A DNA stretch of 28,031 bases from NCBI GenBank assembly GCA_041611735.1, contig JBFIML010000050.1:1-28031 (forward strand), written 5' to 3'. The translations under genes were made by a program, and so were the position numbers. How positions within the stretch are numbered: the first letter of the stretch is position 1; each line of letters starts with the position of its first letter. Source of the stretch: Myxococcota bacterium. GTDB taxonomy: Bacteria; Myxococcota_A; UBA9160; PR03. Of this stretch, positions 1-9,794 are shown in pieces. The notes under the pieces were generated by a model. The model searched no databases. It was not told where the DNA came from and was given only the letters and a program-made list of their open reading frames with translations.

Positions 1-1
1 C

Positions 2-1000
2 ATCACCGCCTGGAACTTCCCCATCTACCTGAACCTGTGCAAGCTCGGACCGGCGCTGGCGGCGGGCAACACGCTGGTGCTCAAGCCCGCCCCCGAGACG
101 CCCTGGTGCGCCACGGTCCTCGGGCGCCTGATGCTCGAGAAGACCGACCTGCCGCCGGGCGTGGTGAACGTGGTGGCCGCCTCGGACCCGGTCCTGGGCG
201 AGGTCCTGACCACCGACCCGCGCGTGGACCTCGTCACCTTCACGGGCTCGACGGCCACCGGGCGGCGGGTCATGGCCGCCGCCGCCGGCACGGTGAAGAA
301 GGTCTTCCTGGAGCTCGGCGGGAAGTCCGCCCACGTGGTGCTCGACGACGCGGATCTCGCCGCGGTGGCGCCGGCCGCCGCCGTGGCCTGCACCCACGGC
401 GGCCAGGGCTGCGCCCTGGCCACCCGGCTGCTGCTGCCGCGCTCGCGCTACGAGGAGGGAGTGGAGCGCGTCCGGGCCGCGATCGAGCGCTTCCCGTACG
501 GGGACCCGCGGGACCCGAGCCGGCTCCAGGGTCCGCAGATCAGCGCGCGGCAGCGGGAGCGCGTGCTCCGCTACGTGGAGACCGCCCGGCGCGAGGGCGC
601 GCGGCTCGTCACCGGGGGCGGCATTCCCGCGCACCTGCCGCGGGGCTTCTACGTGGAGCCCACCCTGTTCGCCGACGTGGACCCGGACTCGACCCTGGCC
701 CAGGAGGAGGTGTTCGGCCCCGTGCTGGCCATCCTCGCCTACGAGGACGAGGACGACGCCGTGCGCATCGCCAACCGTTCCCGGTACGGGCTCTCGGGCG
801 CCGTCACCAGCGCCTCCGAGGAGCGCGCCCTGGCGGTGGCGCGCCGCATCCACACCGGCACGCTCTCGGTGAACGGCGGCCAGTGGTTCGACGTGGACAC
901 GCCCTTCGGCGGCTACCGCCAGAGCGGTCTGGGACGAGAGAACGGACGCCTCGGCTTCGAGGAGTATCTGGAGACCCAGGTGATCGCGCTGCCGGGCTGA
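2..1000 (+). CDS. NAD(P)-dependent aldehyde dehydrogenase, 5'-truncated by window edge
   Basis: Frame is open from base 2 (ITAWNFP...LAAGNTLVLKP). Contains FTGST, catalytic Glu in LELGGKS, catalytic Cys in GQGCAL, EEVFGPV and PFGGYRQSGLGRE. Stop TGA at 998-1000. Confidence 0.96.
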   Translation: MTAWNFPIYLNLCKLGPALAAGNTLVLKPAPETPWCATVLGRLMLEKTDLPPGVVNVVAASDPVLGEVLTTDPRVDLVTFTGSTATGRRVMAAAAGTVKKVFLELGGKSAHVVLDDADLAAVAPAAAVACTHGGQGCALATRLLLPRSRYEEGVERVRAAIERFPYGDPRDPSRLQGPQISARQRERVLRYVETARREGARLVTGGGIPAHLPRGFYVEPTLFADVDPDSTLAQEEVFGPVLAILAYEDEDDAVRIANRSRYGLSGAVTSASEERALAVARRIHTGTLSVNGGQWFDVDTPFGGYRQSGLGRENGRLGFEEYLETQVIALPG

Positions 1001-1003
1001 GAC

Positions 1004-1399
1004 GTGTCCGAACGCGCCAGCCGCCGCATCCTGTGGGTCGCCTTCGCGGCGACGGTTCCCCTGCCCTTCTTCCTGGTGGAGACGGGCTGGGTGCCGGCGG
1101 TGCGGCTGCTGCTGCTGGCGGGGGTGCACGGGGCGGTGATCGCCGTGGAGGGAACGCAGGGGACGGTGGCGATCGCCGCGGCCCTGCTGCTGGCCCAGGC
1201 CGCCCTCGGCCTGGCTGCGCTCTGGGTGCTGGCTTGGGGGCTGGCGCAGGGGCTCTCGCGCGGCTCGCCACGCCGCGCCGCCGCCGCGACCTGGGCCGTG
1301 GTGGCCCTCGCCCTCTTCGTGACCACGGCCTTCGACCTCTACCGCACGCCATTCCGCACCCCCGCCCTGCGCGGCAACCTGCTGGTGCTCCTGGAGTGA
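1004..1399 (+). CDS. Hypothetical integral membrane protein (131 aa, about 4 TM segments)
   Basis: GTG start 3 nt after the ALDH stop. Long hydrophobic stretches. Its TGA overlaps the next start (GTGA at 1396-1399). Confidence 0.75.
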   Translation: MSERASRRILWVAFAATVPLPFFLVETGWVPAVRLLLLAGVHGAVIAVEGTQGTVAIAAALLLAQAALGLAALWVLAWGLAQGLSRGSPRRAAAATWAVVALALFVTTAFDLYRTPFRTPALRGNLLVLLE

Positions 1400-3333
1400 G
1401 CGGGCTGCGCCGGTCGGTCGGGCTCGCCCTGCTCGCCGCGGCTCCGCTCCTGGCGACGGCGGCGCCCTTCGAACGCAGCGAGGAGCGCGAGCCCTGCGCG
1501 CGCTTCGACCCGCTGCGCGCGCCCTTCTTCGGCGATACCCACGTGCACACCGCCTTCTCCTTCGACGCGAACGCCCTCGGCGTGCGCGCCACGCCCCGGG
1601 ACGCCTACCGCTTCGCCCGGGGCGAGCCCCTCGGCCTGCGGCCCTTCGACCGGGACGGCACGCCCCGGCGCGAGACCCGCCTGGAACGCCCCCTCGACTT
1701 CGCCATCGTGACCGATCACGCCGAGCTGCTGGGCGAGACGCGCATCTGCCGCACGCCGGGGCTGCCGGGTCACGACTCCCTGGTGTGCCGGGTCCTGCGG
1801 CGCTGGCCGCTGCTGGCCTACTACATGGTGAACGGACGCATCTTCAACGTGCGCGACCCGGTCCGCTACCGCTTCTGCGGCGAGGAGGGCGGCCGCTGCC
1901 TGGAGGCGGCCGCCTCGCCCTGGCGCGAGATCCAGGCCGCCGCCGAGGCCTTCTACGACCGCAGCGCCGCCTGCCGCTTCACCAGCTTCGTGGGCTGGGA
2001 GTGGAGCGGGAACCCCGGCTCCCACATGATCCACCGCAACGTGATCTTCCGGAACGCCACGGTGCCGGCGCTCCCCACCAGCTACGTGGAGGAGCCCACG
2101 CCGGAGGGCCTGTGGCGGCGCCTCGAGGAGGACTGCCTCGCGGCGGGCAACGGCTGCGACGTGCTCACCATTCCCCACAACCCGAACCTGAGCGGCGGCC
2201 GGATCTTCCTGCCCGAGACCTCTGCCGGGCTGCCCCTGGACGCCGAGGCGACGCGCCGGCGCGCCGCCCTCGAGCCGCTGCTGGAGGTGATGCAGCACAA
2301 GGGGGATTCGGAGTGCCGGCTCGGGGCCGCCGGGCGGATCGGCGCCGACGAGCTCTGCGCCTTCGAGAAGCTGCCCTACGCGCGCATGGACCGGCGCAAC
2401 CTGCCCTTCCTGTGGGCGCCGCCGCCGCCCGGGAGCTTCGTGCGCGAGGGCCTGGCCGAGGGCCTGCGCCAGCAGGCGCGGCTCGGGGTGAACCCCTTCC
2501 GCTTCGGCCTGGTGGCCTCCACCGACACCCACGAGGGGGCGGCGGGCGCGGTGGCGGAGCCGGACTTCCCGGGGCATGCGGCGGGGGGCGACACCTCTGC
2601 GGTGGAGGTGCCGCGCGTGCCGGACGCCTTCGAGTTCAACCCCGGCGGCCTGGCCGTGCTGTGGGCCGAGGAGAACGCCCGGGACGCGCTGTTCGCGGCC
2701 ATGCGCCGGCGCGAGGCCTACGGGACCAGCGGACCGCGCATCGTGGTGCGCTGGTTCGCGGGCTGGGAGCATCCCGACGACCTGTGCCGCCGGCCGGACT
2801 TCGTGGCGCGCGGCTATGCGGACGGCGTGCCCATGGGCGGCGTGCTGCCGCCGCCCCCGGAGGCGGCCAGGGCGCCGGCCTTCGCCGTGGCGGCCCTGCG
2901 CGACCTGGGCACAGCGGACCGGCCGGGCACCCCGCTCCAGCGCATCCAGATCGTGAAGATCTGGCTCGCGGCCGACGGGCCCCGGGAGCGGGTCTTCGAG
3001 GTGGCGGGCGATCCCGGCAACGGCGCCAGCGTGGACCCGGCCACCTGCCAGCGGCGCGGCGCCGGCTTCGACGGCCTGTGCAGCGTGTGGCGCGACCCGG
3101 AGTTCGACCGCGAGCAGCCAGCGCTCTGGTATGCGCGCGTGGTGGAGAACCCGACCTGCCGCTGGTCGACGTGGGTGTGCATCGCCCAGGGTGTCGACTG
3201 CGCGCGGCCCGGTTCCGTGCCGCGGGAGCTGCGCCCGTGCTGCGATCCCGGGCGGGCACGCACGGTCCAGGAGCGCGCCTGGACGTCGCCGATCTGGTAC
3301 GTGCCCGGACGGGCGCGGCGAGCCACCCGCTGA
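1396..3333 (+). CDS. DUF3604 family exported protein (PHP-like metal-dependent hydrolase fold)
   Basis: Start reassigned to GTG 1396, coupled to the upstream stop. Signal peptide MSGLRRSVGLALLAAAPLLATAA. Motifs FFGDTHVHTAFSFDA, DFAIVTDHAE, HRNVIFR, IPHNPNLSGG, STDTH and QERAWTSPIWY. Confidence 0.88.
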   Translation: MSGLRRSVGLALLAAAPLLATAAPFERSEEREPCARFDPLRAPFFGDTHVHTAFSFDANALGVRATPRDAYRFARGEPLGLRPFDRDGTPRRETRLERPLDFAIVTDHAELLGETRICRTPGLPGHDSLVCRVLRRWPLLAYYMVNGRIFNVRDPVRYRFCGEEGGRCLEAAASPWREIQAAAEAFYDRSAACRFTSFVGWEWSGNPGSHMIHRNVIFRNATVPALPTSYVEEPTPEGLWRRLEEDCLAAGNGCDVLTIPHNPNLSGGRIFLPETSAGLPLDAEATRRRAALEPLLEVMQHKGDSECRLGAAGRIGADELCAFEKLPYARMDRRNLPFLWAPPPPGSFVREGLAEGLRQQARLGVNPFRFGLVASTDTHEGAAGAVAEPDFPGHAAGGDTSAVEVPRVPDAFEFNPGGLAVLWAEENARDALFAAMRRREAYGTSGPRIVVRWFAGWEHPDDLCRRPDFVARGYADGVPMGGVLPPPPEAARAPAFAVAALRDLGTADRPGTPLQRIQIVKIWLAADGPRERVFEVAGDPGNGASVDPATCQRRGAGFDGLCSVWRDPEFDREQPALWYARVVENPTCRWSTWVCIAQGVDCARPGSVPRELRPCCDPGRARTVQERAWTSPIWYVPGRARRATR

Positions 3334-3388
3334 GGCAGTCCGGGCGGGGCGCCTGGCGACCCACCCGAACTCGTTCTTGCGCAGCGGG

Positions 3389-4723
3389 CTAGCAGCCCGT
3401 GCTGCGGGCGCGCTCCCGGAAGCGGTCGGCCAGGGCCTCCGCCTCGGCGATGCCGAGGGCGCGGGCATAGGCGATCACCTGGCCGCGCAGGTAGGGCTCC
3501 GGCGGGAGCCGGTCGAAGCGCTCCGCCTCGAGCTCCGCCAGGTGGCGGATGCGGGTCCGGGCTTCCAGGGCGGCGAGGGCGAGGCCGAGCGCCTCGCGCC
3601 TCTGGCGCAGGCTCACGCCGGGCGCATCGAGATCCAGCGGCGGAAGCGGGGCGTCGGGGACGCTTGCCGGAGCCGTCTCGACGGCGGTCGCGAGGCCATC
3701 ATGGTCGCCCACGCGAAGGCGGCGGACCGGGAAGGCGCTCGTCGCCTGCTCCGGCTCCAAGGCGCCCTCCAGCAGGCGCCCGGTCAGCACGTCCACGCCC
3801 CGGGCGAAGGCGCAGCCCGGGAAGCGCTCCAGCACCGGGCGCCCCTCGCGCACCGCGGCGCGCACGCACTCGTCGCGCTCCAGGACGCCCAGGAACCCGA
3901 CCCGGGCGCCCAGCTGCTCGCGGCAGGCGTCGCGCATGCGGCGGCCGATCTCCCGGTGCTGCACGTTGGTGGCCTGGTTCAGCAGCAGGGCCGGGGCGAA
4001 GGACTGCGCCTGCAGGGCGAGCACGCGGCCCGCCTCGGCGTCCCGCTCCGCCACGGCCGCCAGCAGCGCCCGGGGCGAACGCAGGGCCGCCCGGTGCTCG
4101 GCCAGGGCCGCCTGGAGGGCTCGGCGCACCGCCGGACGCTTCGTGGCGGGACGCAGGGAGCGGTAGAAGGCGGCCTTCAGGAAGTGATAGGCGTTCTCGA
4201 CGGAGGTGGGCTCGGGCGTGACCACGAGCAGACCGCGCTCGGCCGCCAGGAAGAAGTCGAGCACGTTGAAGGCGCTGCCCGCGGAGAGGTCTAGCAGCAC
4301 CTCGTCGGCGGGGAGCGCGCGCAGGTGGCGCAGCAGCTTGTCCTTGCGGGCGCGGTGGGGGTTGGCCATCTCCAGCAGGGCCCGGGAGCCGCTCACCAGC
4401 CAGAGGTTGCGATGCGGTGTGCCGCACAGCAGGTCGCTCAGCTTCGTCACCTCGCCGCTCAGGAAGTGGGACAGGGTGAGCGCCGGGCTGCGCAGCCCGA
4501 GCAGGGTGTGGAGGTTGGCGGCGCCGAGGTCCGCGTCCACCACGACGCAGCGCCGGCCGCGCTGGGCCAGGGACATGGCCAGGGCGGCCGTCACCACCGA
4601 CTTGCCGACGCCCCCCTTGCCGCCCCCCACGGCCCAGACGCGCGGCCCCGAGCCGGCCTGGGCCTGCGGGGGCGACGGCTCGGGCAGGGCCTTGGGCGCG
4701 GGCGCTTCGAGTGTGGCTTCCAC
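3389..4723 (-). CDS. MinD/FlhG(FleN)-like P-loop ATPase fused to C-terminal RodZ-like (HTH_25) helix-turn-helix
   Basis: GTG 4723 follows a GGAGG SD. Deviant Walker A KGGVGKS, DADLGAANLHTLLG, DLSAG and TPEPTSVENAY. C-terminus GVSLRQRREALGL...LEAERFDRLPPEPYLRGQVIAYARALG. Confidence 0.85.
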   Translation of the reverse strand: MEATLEAPAPKALPEPSPPQAQAGSGPRVWAVGGGKGGVGKSVVTAALAMSLAQRGRRCVVVDADLGAANLHTLLGLRSPALTLSHFLSGEVTKLSDLLCGTPHRNLWLVSGSRALLEMANPHRARKDKLLRHLRALPADEVLLDLSAGSAFNVLDFFLAAERGLLVVTPEPTSVENAYHFLKAAFYRSLRPATKRPAVRRALQAALAEHRAALRSPRALLAAVAERDAEAGRVLALQAQSFAPALLLNQATNVQHREIGRRMRDACREQLGARVGFLGVLERDECVRAAVREGRPVLERFPGCAFARGVDVLTGRLLEGALEPEQATSAFPVRRLRVGDHDGLATAVETAPASVPDAPLPPLDLDAPGVSLRQRREALGLALAALEARTRIRHLAELEAERFDRLPPEPYLRGQVIAYARALGIAEAEALADRFRERARSTGC

Positions 4724-5058
4724 GGATGCAACCTCCCGCTCGAGGCCCGCCGCGGGAGGGACGGCGGACCGCGGTGCGTCGACACGGGTCCTCCCGTGGG
4801 TGCCGGCGCGGGCGGGCCGGGTGACGCCGCCCGGGGTCCAGGAGCGTGACCCAGGATTGGCGTGGGAAGGGCCGGGCGACGAGACGCGCCGCTGGCAAGG
4901 CGGCATGCCGCCGCGCAGCCAGGCGTAGCCGAGCGCAGGCGGCCCCCCGCTGGTCGGCGCGCCACCGAGCCCTGGCGGCGCTACGGGGCAGGGAGCGCAA
5001 CGCGGGTAGCGGCGATGGATCGGCGTCCGGACGTCGCGCCCAGTCTCGGGTCAGGCTG

Positions 5059-5868
5059 CTAGCCGAAGCGGCCGGTGATGTAGTCCTGGGTGCGCCCGTC
5101 GCGGGGGTTCGTGAAGATGCGGACGGTCTCGCCCTCCTCCACCAGCACGCCCAGGTGGAAGAAGGCGGTGCGCTGCGAGACGCGCGCCGCCTGCTGCATG
5201 TTGTGGGTCACGATCACGATGGTGTAGTTGGCGCGCAGCTCGTCGATCAGCTCTTCGATCTTCGCGGTGGCCACGGGGTCCAGGGCCGAGCAGGGCTCGT
5301 CCATGAGGATCACCTCCGGGCTCACGGCGATGGCCCGGGCGATGCACAGGCGCTGCTGCTGCCCGCCCGAGAGGCTGGTGCCCGGATCGCCGAGCCGGTC
5401 CTTCACCTCCGCCAGCAGCCCCGCGCGCTCCAGGCTCCCGAGCACGATCTGGTCCAGCTCGGCCCGGTTGCGGGCCAGGCCGTGGATGCGGGGGCCATAG
5501 GCCACGTTCTCGTAGACGCTCTTCGGAAAGGGATTCGGCTTCTGGAACACCATGCCGACCCGGGCGCGCAGCTTGACCACGTCGAGACGCCGGTCGTACA
5601 CGTCCTCGCCGTCGAGGGTGATCTTGCCCTCGACCCGGCAGCCCCCGATGAGGTCGTTCATGCGGTTGATGCAGCGCAGGAAGGTGGATTTGCCGCAGCC
5701 CGACGGCCCGATCAGGGCCGAGACCTGATGGGCGGGAACGTCCAGGTTCACCGCGAAGAGCGCCTGCTTCTCGCCGTAGAAGACCGAGAGGTCGCGGGTC
5801 GCGACCTTGGCCACGCCGGTCACGGCCGGCCCGCCCGCCGCCAAGTTGCCCGGGCGCACCCCTACCAT
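5059..5868 (-). CDS. pstB: Phosphate ABC transporter ATP-binding protein
   Basis: [60 protein letters not shown]. Start is either ATG 5868 (overlapping the pstA stop) or GTG 5823. Confidence 0.97.
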   Translation of the reverse strand: MVGVRPGNLAAGGPAVTGVAKVATRDLSVFYGEKQALFAVNLDVPAHQVSALIGPSGCGKSTFLRCINRMNDLIGGCRVEGKITLDGEDVYDRRLDVVKLRARVGMVFQKPNPFPKSVYENVAYGPRIHGLARNRAELDQIVLGSLERAGLLAEVKDRLGDPGTSLSGGQQQRLCIARAIAVSPEVILMDEPCSALDPVATAKIEELIDELRANYTIVIVTHNMQQAARVSQRTAFFHLGVLVEEGETVRIFTNPRDGRTQDYITGRFG

Positions 5869-7166
5869 CGCCGCTCGAATCGGTTGCGCAGCAGGATGGC
5901 TGCCAGGTTCATGAGCACCAGGAAGGCGAGCAGCACCAGGATGGCCGCCGACGTCTTCTCCAGGAAGCCCCGCTCCGGGCTGTCCGCCCACAGGAAGATC
6001 TGCACCGGCAGGACGGTGGCCGGGTCGGTGAAGCCCTGGGGAACGTCCACGATGAAGGCCACCATGCCGATCATGAGCAGCGGCGCGGTCTCCCCCAGGG
6101 CCCGGGCCATGCCGATGATGGTGCCGGTCAGGATGCCCGGGAGCGCCAGCGGGAGCACGTGCTGGAACACGGTCTGGACCGGCGAGGCCCCGACGCCCAG
6201 GGCCGCCTCGCGGATCGAGGGCGGCACCGCCAGCAGCGCGGAGCGCGCCGCGATGATGAGGGTGGGCAGCGTCATGAGCGCGAGCACCATGCCACCCACC
6301 AGCGGCGCCGAGCGCGGCAACCCGAAGAAGTTCAGGAAGACCGCGAGGCCCAGCAGGCCGAAGACGATGGACGGCACCGCCGCCAGGTTGTTGATGTTGA
6401 CTTCGATCCAGTCGGTCCAGCGGTTCTTCGGCGCGAACTCCTCCAGGTAGATCGCGGAAGCGAGCCCGATCGGGAAGGAGAGGCCGAGGGTCACCGCCAG
6501 GGTGAGGAGCGAGCCGACCAGGGCGCCCCACACGCCGGCCAGCTCGGGCTCCCGGCTGTCCCCGGAGCGGAGAAACTGCGTGTTGAAGCGGGAGACCACG
6601 AGGCCACGGGCCTGGAGCGCGTCGAGCCAGGCCAGCTGCGCATCGTCCAGGGGCCGCTCGCCCTCCGGCACGTCCCGCGGCATGCGGCCCTTCAACAGCA
6701 GGTCCACCTCGTCCGAGAGCGGAAGCTCCACCACCAGGCGCGTCCCGATCCGCGTGGGGTCCGCCAGGACGCGGCTCCTCAGCTCGAAGTCCGCCCCGGA
6801 GCTCACCAGGGCCCGGAGCCGACGCCGCTCGCGCCGCTCCGTCACGTTCGGAAACAGCTCGCCCAGGGCGTCGCGCACCAGGGCCGCGTAGTCGGCCTGG
6901 CCGAGGATGCCGGGATCCCGGCTGCCGTCGGGATCGAGCTGCGCGGCATCCAGCCGGATCTCCATCCGCAGCGCGTGTTGCCGGAAGGCGGTATAGCCGC
7001 GGCTCGCGATGCTGCCGAGCAGCGTCGCCAGGGCCGCCACCGCGACGGCGATGGCGAGCGCCCCGTAGAGACGGAAGCGCCGCTCGGCGGCGTAGCGCCG
7101 GCGCAGACGCCGCTCGGTGCGGACCGGGTCGGGAGCCCGCCGCGCTGCACCGGGCGACTCAGTCAT
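5862..7166 (-). CDS. pstA: Phosphate ABC transporter permease PstA (with DUF3333-type periplasmic insert)
   Basis: [29 protein letters not shown] loop [20 protein letters not shown]. Overlaps the pstC stop. Confidence 0.96.
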   Translation of the reverse strand: MTESPGAARRAPDPVRTERRLRRRYAAERRFRLYGALAIAVAVAALATLLGSIASRGYTAFRQHALRMEIRLDAAQLDPDGSRDPGILGQADYAALVRDALGELFPNVTERRERRRLRALVSSGADFELRSRVLADPTRIGTRLVVELPLSDEVDLLLKGRMPRDVPEGERPLDDAQLAWLDALQARGLVVSRFNTQFLRSGDSREPELAGVWGALVGSLLTLAVTLGLSFPIGLASAIYLEEFAPKNRWTDWIEVNINNLAAVPSIVFGLLGLAVFLNFFGLPRSAPLVGGMVLALMTLPTLIIAARSALLAVPPSIREAALGVGASPVQTVFQHVLPLALPGILTGTIIGMARALGETAPLLMIGMVAFIVDVPQGFTDPATVLPVQIFLWADSPERGFLEKTSAAILVLLAFLVLMNLAAILLRNRFERRW

Positions 7167-8538
7167 ACTTCTCCCGGTAGCGGCGCACCACGCCCAGGGC
7201 GACCACGTTCAGGCCGAGGGTCACCCCGAACAGCACGAGCCCCAGGGCGAAGGCGGCCAGCGTCTTGGCGCTGTCGAACTCCTGGTCGCCGACCAGCAGC
7301 GTCACGATCTGCACCGTCACGGTGGTGACCGCCTCCAGGGGGTTCGCGGTCAGGTTGGCCGCCAGGCCCGCCGCCATCACCACGATCATCGTCTCGCCCA
7401 CCGCCCGGGACACCGCGAGCAGCACCGCGGCCACGATGCCCGGCAGGGCCGCCGGCAGCACCACGCGCTTGAGGGTCTCGGAGCGGGTGGCGCCGAGGCC
7501 CAGGGAGCCCTCCCGCAGCGACTGGGGCACGGCGTTGATCACGTCGTCCGAGAGGGACGACACGAAGGGGATGATCATGACGCCCATCACGAGCCCCGCG
7601 GCCAGGGCGCTCTCCGAGGCCACGTCGAGCCCGAGGCGCTCCCCGAAGCCGCGCACCCGAGGCGCCACCAGGAGCGCCGCGAAGAAGCCGTAGACCACGG
7701 TGGGGATGCCGGCCAGGATCTCGAGCAGCGGCTTGGCGACGCTGCGCACCCGCTGCGAGGCGTAGTCGGACAGGTAGACCGCCGCCATCAGCCCCACGGG
7801 CACCGCCACCGCCATGGCGAGCAGGGTGATGAGCAGGGTGCCTGCGAAGACGGGCACGGCGCCGAACGCGCCCGAGGCGCCCACCTGGTCGGCACGCAGC
7901 GCCGTCTGCGGGCTCCAGCGCAGGCCGAACAGGAACTCGAACGGCGAGACCAGGGCGAAGAAGCGTAGGGCCTCGAAGAGGAGCGAGAGCACGATCCCGA
8001 TGGTGGTGAGGATCGCCACCAGGGAGCACGCCAGCAGCGCGGCGGTGAGCGCGCGCTCCACGCTGGGGCGGGCCCGCAGCTCGGGCCGCACGCGGCGACG
8101 GGCCCCGGCGAGACCCACCCCACCCAGGGCCAGCAGCGCCCCGCCGAGCGCCAGGCTGGTGGTCTGGCGCAGGCTCCGGTAGCGGACCGCTGCGCTCCGC
8201 ACCTCCGGCGTGGGAGCGCGCAGCGGCACGTCGCCGCGCGCCAGCCGACGCGCGTCGTCGAGCAGGAGATCGAGACGCTCGGGCGGGAGGCTGCGGACCT
8301 CGGCCGGTAGCGACGCCAGCACCCGGGCGTCCATCACGCGGGGCGCCAGCAGGAGCCCGAGCACCAGGGCGGCCGCGGCGGGCAGCCCGCACCCGAGCGC
8401 CACGTAGGCGCCGTAGTAGCCGGGCCGGGAGTGCAGCGCCCGCACGTCCCCGGCCACCAGCGCCACGGCCCGGCGTCGCCCCAGGACCCAGGCCGTGGCG
8501 GTGAGACCGAGGAGCATCGCCGCGAGGATCAGCGCCAC
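7159..8538 (-). CDS. pstC: Phosphate ABC transporter permease PstC (with N-terminal DUF3708-type extension)
   Basis: KPLLEILAGIPTVVYGFF, REGSLGLGATRSET, SRAVGETMIV, GDQEFDSAKT. Exact start uncertain. Confidence 0.95.
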   Translation of the reverse strand: MALILAAMLLGLTATAWVLGRRRAVALVAGDVRALHSRPGYYGAYVALGCGLPAAAALVLGLLLAPRVMDARVLASLPAEVRSLPPERLDLLLDDARRLARGDVPLRAPTPEVRSAAVRYRSLRQTTSLALGGALLALGGVGLAGARRRVRPELRARPSVERALTAALLACSLVAILTTIGIVLSLLFEALRFFALVSPFEFLFGLRWSPQTALRADQVGASGAFGAVPVFAGTLLITLLAMAVAVPVGLMAAVYLSDYASQRVRSVAKPLLEILAGIPTVVYGFFAALLVAPRVRGFGERLGLDVASESALAAGLVMGVMIIPFVSSLSDDVINAVPQSLREGSLGLGATRSETLKRVVLPAALPGIVAAVLLAVSRAVGETMIVVMAAGLAANLTANPLEAVTTVTVQIVTLLVGDQEFDSAKTLAAFALGLVLFGVTLGLNVVALGVVRRYREKYD

Positions 8539-8557
8539 GGTGCGCCGCCGCGCCGGC

Positions 8558-9616
8558 CTACGGGCCCGGCGGACGCGCCGCCACGCCGGCCGTCATCGGC
8601 TCCAGCGCCAGGGCGCGCTGGCGCACGGTTCGGCGCTCCGCCTCGGGCAGCGGGATCAGGCCCTTGTCCGTCAGGTAGCCCTCCTCGCCCGCCGCGCGCT
8701 CGCTGGTGAACTCCGCCACGTACTCCGCGATGCCCGGGATCGAGCCCACGTGGGCCTTCTTCAGGTAGAAGTAGAGCGAACGCGAGACGCCGTACTCGCC
8801 GCTCGCGATGTGGTCGAAGCTCGGAGCCACGCCGTCCACCAGGCTGCCCTGGATCTTGTCGCTGTTCTGGTCCAGGAACGAGAAGCCGAAGATGCCCAGG
8901 GCGTTCGGGTTGGCCTGGAGCTTCTGGACGATCAGGTTGTCGTTCTCCCCGGCCTCCACGTAGGCGCCGTCCTCGCGCAGGGCATGGGCCGCGGCCTGGA
9001 ACGCCTTCGGGTCCTTCTCCTTGAGCGCCGCCAGCATCGGGAAGGCCTCGGCGCCCCCCTCCATGGCCAGCTCCACGAAGGCGTCGCGGGTGCCCGAGGT
9101 GGGCGGCGGGCCCAACACCTCGATCTTCGCGGCCGGAAGCGAGGGATCGATGTCACTCCATCTCCGATGGGGGTTCGCCACCAGCTTGCCGCCGACCGGC
9201 ACCTGCTTGGCCAGGGCCTGGAAGATCTGCGGCTGGGTGAGGCCCAGGCGCGGGGCGCTCCTGGCGTTGGCGATCACGATGCCGTCGTAGCCGATCTTGA
9301 CCTCGACGATCTCCTCGACCCCGTTCTTCCGACACAGGTCGATCTCCGACGCCTTGATGCGCCGGGAGGAGTTCGTGATGTCGGGGGTGTCGAGGCCCAC
9401 GCCGTCGCAGAAGAGCTTGAGGCCACCGCCGGACCCGGTGCTCTCCACCACCGGGGTCTTGAAGCGGGTGGTCTTGCCGAACTGCTCGGCCACGGCAGTG
9501 GAGAAGGGGAACACCGTCGAGGAGCCGACGATGCGGATCTGGTCGCGTGCCTGGACTTCGGGAGCGCCACAGCTCAGCACGGCGAGCGAGACGAGAGCGA
9601 GGGTCTTGATCTTCAC
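8558..9616 (-). CDS. pstS: Phosphate ABC transporter substrate-binding protein
   Basis: GTG 9616 follows an AGGAGGAG SD. Signal peptide, then RDQIRIVGSSTVFPF, VESTGSGGG, GPPPTSGTRDAF and SRSLYFY. Confidence 0.96.
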   Translation of the reverse strand: MKIKTLALVSLAVLSCGAPEVQARDQIRIVGSSTVFPFSTAVAEQFGKTTRFKTPVVESTGSGGGLKLFCDGVGLDTPDITNSSRRIKASEIDLCRKNGVEEIVEVKIGYDGIVIANARSAPRLGLTQPQIFQALAKQVPVGGKLVANPHRRWSDIDPSLPAAKIEVLGPPPTSGTRDAFVELAMEGGAEAFPMLAALKEKDPKAFQAAAHALREDGAYVEAGENDNLIVQKLQANPNALGIFGFSFLDQNSDKIQGSLVDGVAPSFDHIASGEYGVSRSLYFYLKKAHVGSIPGIAEYVAEFTSERAAGEEGYLTDKGLIPLPEAERRTVRQRALALEPMTAGVAARPPGP

Positions 9617-9691
9617 GATGGAACGCTCCTCCTGGTCGAGGCCTCGGAAAGCTCTCCCGGCTGGCGCGCTTCCCGGTCGGTTCGATGGCGC

Positions 9692-9747
9692 AACGTAACC
9701 ACGCGCGGGGAGCGACCCGTGACCCTTGCGTGACGAACTCGTGACAC
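9692..9747 (-). promoter_or_regulatory. Pho box (three 11-bp-period GTCAC direct repeats) and candidate -10 TACGTT for pstSCAB
   Basis: Minus strand reads GTGTCAC-GAGT-TCGTCAC-GCAA-GGGTCAC (GTGAC on + at 9719, 9730, 9741). This matches the PhoB/PhoP 11-bp direct-repeat architecture directly upstream of pstS. TACGTT at 9692-9697. Confidence 0.8.
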
Positions 9748-9780
9748 GAAGGCCGGCGTCCACCCCGGGGGCGGGTCGGC

Positions 9781-9786
9781 TAGCCT
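9781..9786 (+). promoter_or_regulatory. Candidate -10 element (TAGCCT) of a leaderless transcript
   Basis: TANNNT hexamer 8 nt before GTG 9795, with no SD in between. Confidence 0.5.
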
Positions 9787-9794
9787 CCCGGCCC

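Noticed and set aside
37-1395. N-terminal ~450 aa of the 1098-aa ORF 37..3333, suggesting a giant fusion
   Set aside because: Low-complexity Arg/Gly/Ala shadow frame over the ALDH and membrane genes. The real protein starts at GTG 1396 with a signal peptide.
3341-3367. Hairpin between the convergent DUF3604 and MinD-HTH genes as a terminator
   Set aside because: Imperfect GC stem with no U-tract. It cannot be distinguished from chance at this GC content.
4892-4912. Possible sigma54 -24/-12 promoter (TGGCA...TGC on +, GGCAT...TTGC on -)
   Set aside because: GG-to-GC spacing is 11 nt on both strands, but sigma54 requires 10.
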